Assembly (NCBI GenBank): GCA_002269645.1
Contig: NIVC01004328.1
Location: 1-50,409 of the forward strand
Length of the DNA stretch: 50,409 bases
Direction: 5' to 3'
Source: Macrostomum lignano
Lineage: Eukaryota
Part shown: piece by piece, positions 47,840 to 50,409 of the stretch
Layout of the letters: every line of letters starts with the position of its first letter
How positions within the stretch are numbered: position 1 is the first letter of the stretch
Translations under genes and position numbers: made by a program
Notes under the pieces: generated by a model
Database searches by the model: none
Told to the model about the DNA's origin: nothing
The model's input: only the letters and a program-made list of their open reading frames with translations

Positions 47840-48413
47840 TATCGTTCGGTCTATCCAGGGAACCTCGTACCTATCCATACTGATCATTCTGGTCTTGGCT
47901 GCCTACATTCTCCGACCCGCATTGCTGTACATCAACCGGCTGCTGCCACACCACCGGCAGCAGTGGTCGCATGCCACCCAGAGACTGCTAACATCGGTAA
48001 TTATGGTGATCAAGATATCCAGGGCCAACTATCGAACCTCCCGAGTCATACGCGAGGCGAGCAAGCGGACAGAGAATTTCCTGCACGCTCTGCTGGTGCT
48101 GCCGCTCATCTGCTTGCAGATATTCGACCTGTCATTCATATTGTTCGACTTCTTCGGGCAGTCATCATGGTGTTGCCAACTTCATGGCGTGGTGTTCTCC
48201 TACGCAATCTTCATATTCAACACCTACAAGATCGTGGTGATGTGCACAGCCAGCATCATGCTGTCAGTGTACTACACATTAACTCAATCCTGCTCATCCG
48301 TAGCGCGTCTGGCATTCCTGGACACGTTCCGAACCCTGATGCAGCACAACGCTCTCAGGCTGCTCCTCATCCGGTATAAGGAGCAGAAAATGCGAGTGGC
48401 CAATGTTCTGTGA
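47840..48413 (+). CDS. Probable terminal exon of a multi-pass membrane protein (divergent GPCR-like TM5-TM7)
   Basis: Open frame 47802-48413 with three hydrophobic helices (YLSILIILVLAAYIL; FLHALLVLPLICLQIFDLSFILF; IVVMCTASIMLSVYY), a basic loop (RTSRVIREASKR) and AFLDTFR after the last helix; acceptor TCTGCTCTGGCAG at 47839. Upstream exons not identified. Confidence 0.5.
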
Positions 48414-48584
48414 TTTTTTATTGATTTATAGAAATTGCTTTTTCTGCCCTGTGTTGCTTTTGTTTGATCAATTCTAATCTGTAGCACAAAATGCATCAAC
48501 TTTGATTTGCAACAAGTTGCTGGCCGTTGTCATTTTTAAGGCTGTCTTGCATCGGAGGATAGCTAACAGAATATTAGCAACTAA

Positions 48585-49212
48585 GGATTATCTACCAGAG
48601 GGTATCTACCAGAGGTATCTACCAGAGGGTACCTACCAGAGGGTATCTACCAGAGGGTATCTACCAGATGATATCTACCAGAGGTATCTGCAAGAGGGTA
48701 TCATACAGAGGGTATCTACCAGAGGGTATCTACCAGAGGGTATCTAATAGAGGGTATCTGCAAGAGGGTATCTTACAGAGGGTATCTACCAGAGGGTATC
48801 TACCAGAGGTATCTACCAGAGGGTATCTACCAGAGGGTATCTACCAGAGGTATCTACCAGAGGGTATCTACCAGAGGGTATCTTACAGAGGGTATCTACC
48901 AAAAATTATCTAGCAGAGGGTATCTTACAGAGGGTATCTACCAAAAGGTATCTACCAGAGGGTATCTTACAGAGGGTATCTACCAAAAAGTATCTACCAG
49001 AGGGTATCTTACAGAGGGTATCTACCAAAAGGTATCTACCAGAGGGTATCTACCAGAGGTATCTACCAGAGGGTATCTACCAGAGGGTACCTACCAGAGG
49101 GTACCTACCAGAGGGTACCTACCAGAGGATATCTACCAGAGGGTACCTACCAGAGGATATCTAACCAGAGGGTATCTACCAGAGGGTATCTACCAGAGGG
49201 TATCTACCAGAG
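48585..49212. repeat. 13/14-bp GGGTATCTACCAGA minisatellite
   Basis: About 45 units. Confidence 0.96.
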
Positions 49213-49679
49213 GGCGCGTTTATTCCAACAACTCTGTGCAGAGACTTTGCACAGCAGACTTAACTGCAGATCCATCTGTGATTATTTTGCAGCTGTTTTA
49301 AGCGACTTAAACTTCAGACAGAGAGCCGAACAGCTGTTATAAGTTGAAGCCGAATTCGCAGGCCAACCCGGTGTTTGGCTGTAATTAAAAAACACTTTTC
49401 GCAGATTGCGGAATCCAAAAAGCCTGCGTGAAGTTTTTGTCAATTTCTGAAGTAGAAAGAGGGCTTCTCTCCCTCACCAATTTTTTTTACTTGGTGGACC
49501 ATTTTAAACTTTGTGACGCCGAGCGGATGCCAGCGACCTCTTGGTTGCAGCACTCTTGGTAACCCCTTGTGCGGCAGTCATTGAGTGCTTGAAGGCAAAG
49601 GCAAGCCAAGTAGAATCCAAGTAGAGCCCCGCTTAGGTCAGCGGGCGTGTCGCAATCAGAGAGAACGCTTATTGGACAG

Positions 49680-50409
49680 ACAGACAGACAGTTGCTGCAC
49701 AATTATTAATAAAATAGATGGGCAGACGCCAGGACAGACAGAGACTAATTAGACAACACTGTGACAGATATTAGGACAGACAAACATTAAGGCAGACACT
49801 TAGATAGACAGACACTAAGACAGACAGACACTAAGATAGACACTGAGACAGAGAGACACTAGACAAACACTAAGAGACACAGAGGCAGAGAGACACTAAA
49901 GCAGACAATAGAACAGACAGACACTAAGATAGACACTGAGACAGAGAGACACTAAGACAAACAACTAAGAGATACAGAGGCAGAGAGACACTAAAGCAGA
50001 CAATAGAACAGACAGACACTAAGATAGACACTGAGGCAGAGAGACACTAAGATAGACACTGAGACAGAGAGACACTCAGACAGACACTAAGATAGACACT
50101 GAGGCAGAGGGACACTAAAGCAACACTAAGATAGACACTGAGACAGAGAGACACTAAAGCAGACACTAAGATAGACACTGAGACAGAGAGACACTAAAGC
50201 AGACACTAAGATAGACACTAAGACAGAGAGACACTAAAGCAGACACTAAGATAGACACTGAGACAGAGAGACACTAAAGCAGACACTAAGATAGACACTG
50301 AGACAGAGAGACACTAAAGCAGACACTAAAGATAGACACTGAGACAGAGAGACACTAAGACAGACACTAAGATAGACACTGAGACAGAGAGACACTAAAG
50401 CAGACACTA
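49680..50409. repeat. AGAC-rich satellite resolving into a 40-bp unit; runs off the window end
   Basis: AGACACTAAGATAGACACTGAGACAGAGAGACACTAAAGC repeated from about 50120. Confidence 0.93.

Noticed and set aside
49487-49702. 71-aa minus-strand ORF
   Set aside because: It starts inside the AGAC repeat and has no recognisable domain; cannot be supported.
1-50409. Spliced-leader RNA, snRNA, rRNA or telomeric arrays
   Set aside because: None recognised by eye; a covariance-model scan would be needed to exclude them formally.

Overview
Eukaryotic, repeat-dominated invertebrate genomic DNA with GT-AG introns and GC-rich exons in AT-rich, satellite-filled spacers. The style resembles the flatworm Macrostomum, but that is inference only. 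Four host genes can be built from the sequence. (1) An intact 2-exon secreted PAN/Apple plus F-type (fucose) lectin gene on the minus strand (4960-3873), with a broken duplicate about 10 kb away. (2) An intact 3-exon sphingosine-1-phosphate phosphatase (SGPP-like, 22376-25251). (3) A 6-exon, highly divergent Cys-loop ligand-gated ion channel with about four frameshifts (32828-38190). (4) A multi-pass, GPCR-like terminal exon (47840-48413). Mobile DNA comprises the 3' end of a Ty3/Gypsy element, a Penelope element ending in a hammerhead ribozyme, a relic Polinton-type integrase, two related RNase H-bearing LINEs (LOA/Lian-like) that share a covarying 3' RNA fold, a second Gypsy integrase relic, and several nested MITEs, one of which carries a 71-bp array. 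More than a dozen micro/minisatellite arrays produce most of the long low-complexity ORFs. I found no CRISPR array, rRNA or convincing tRNA. All assignments come from motif recognition by eye; no searches were run.
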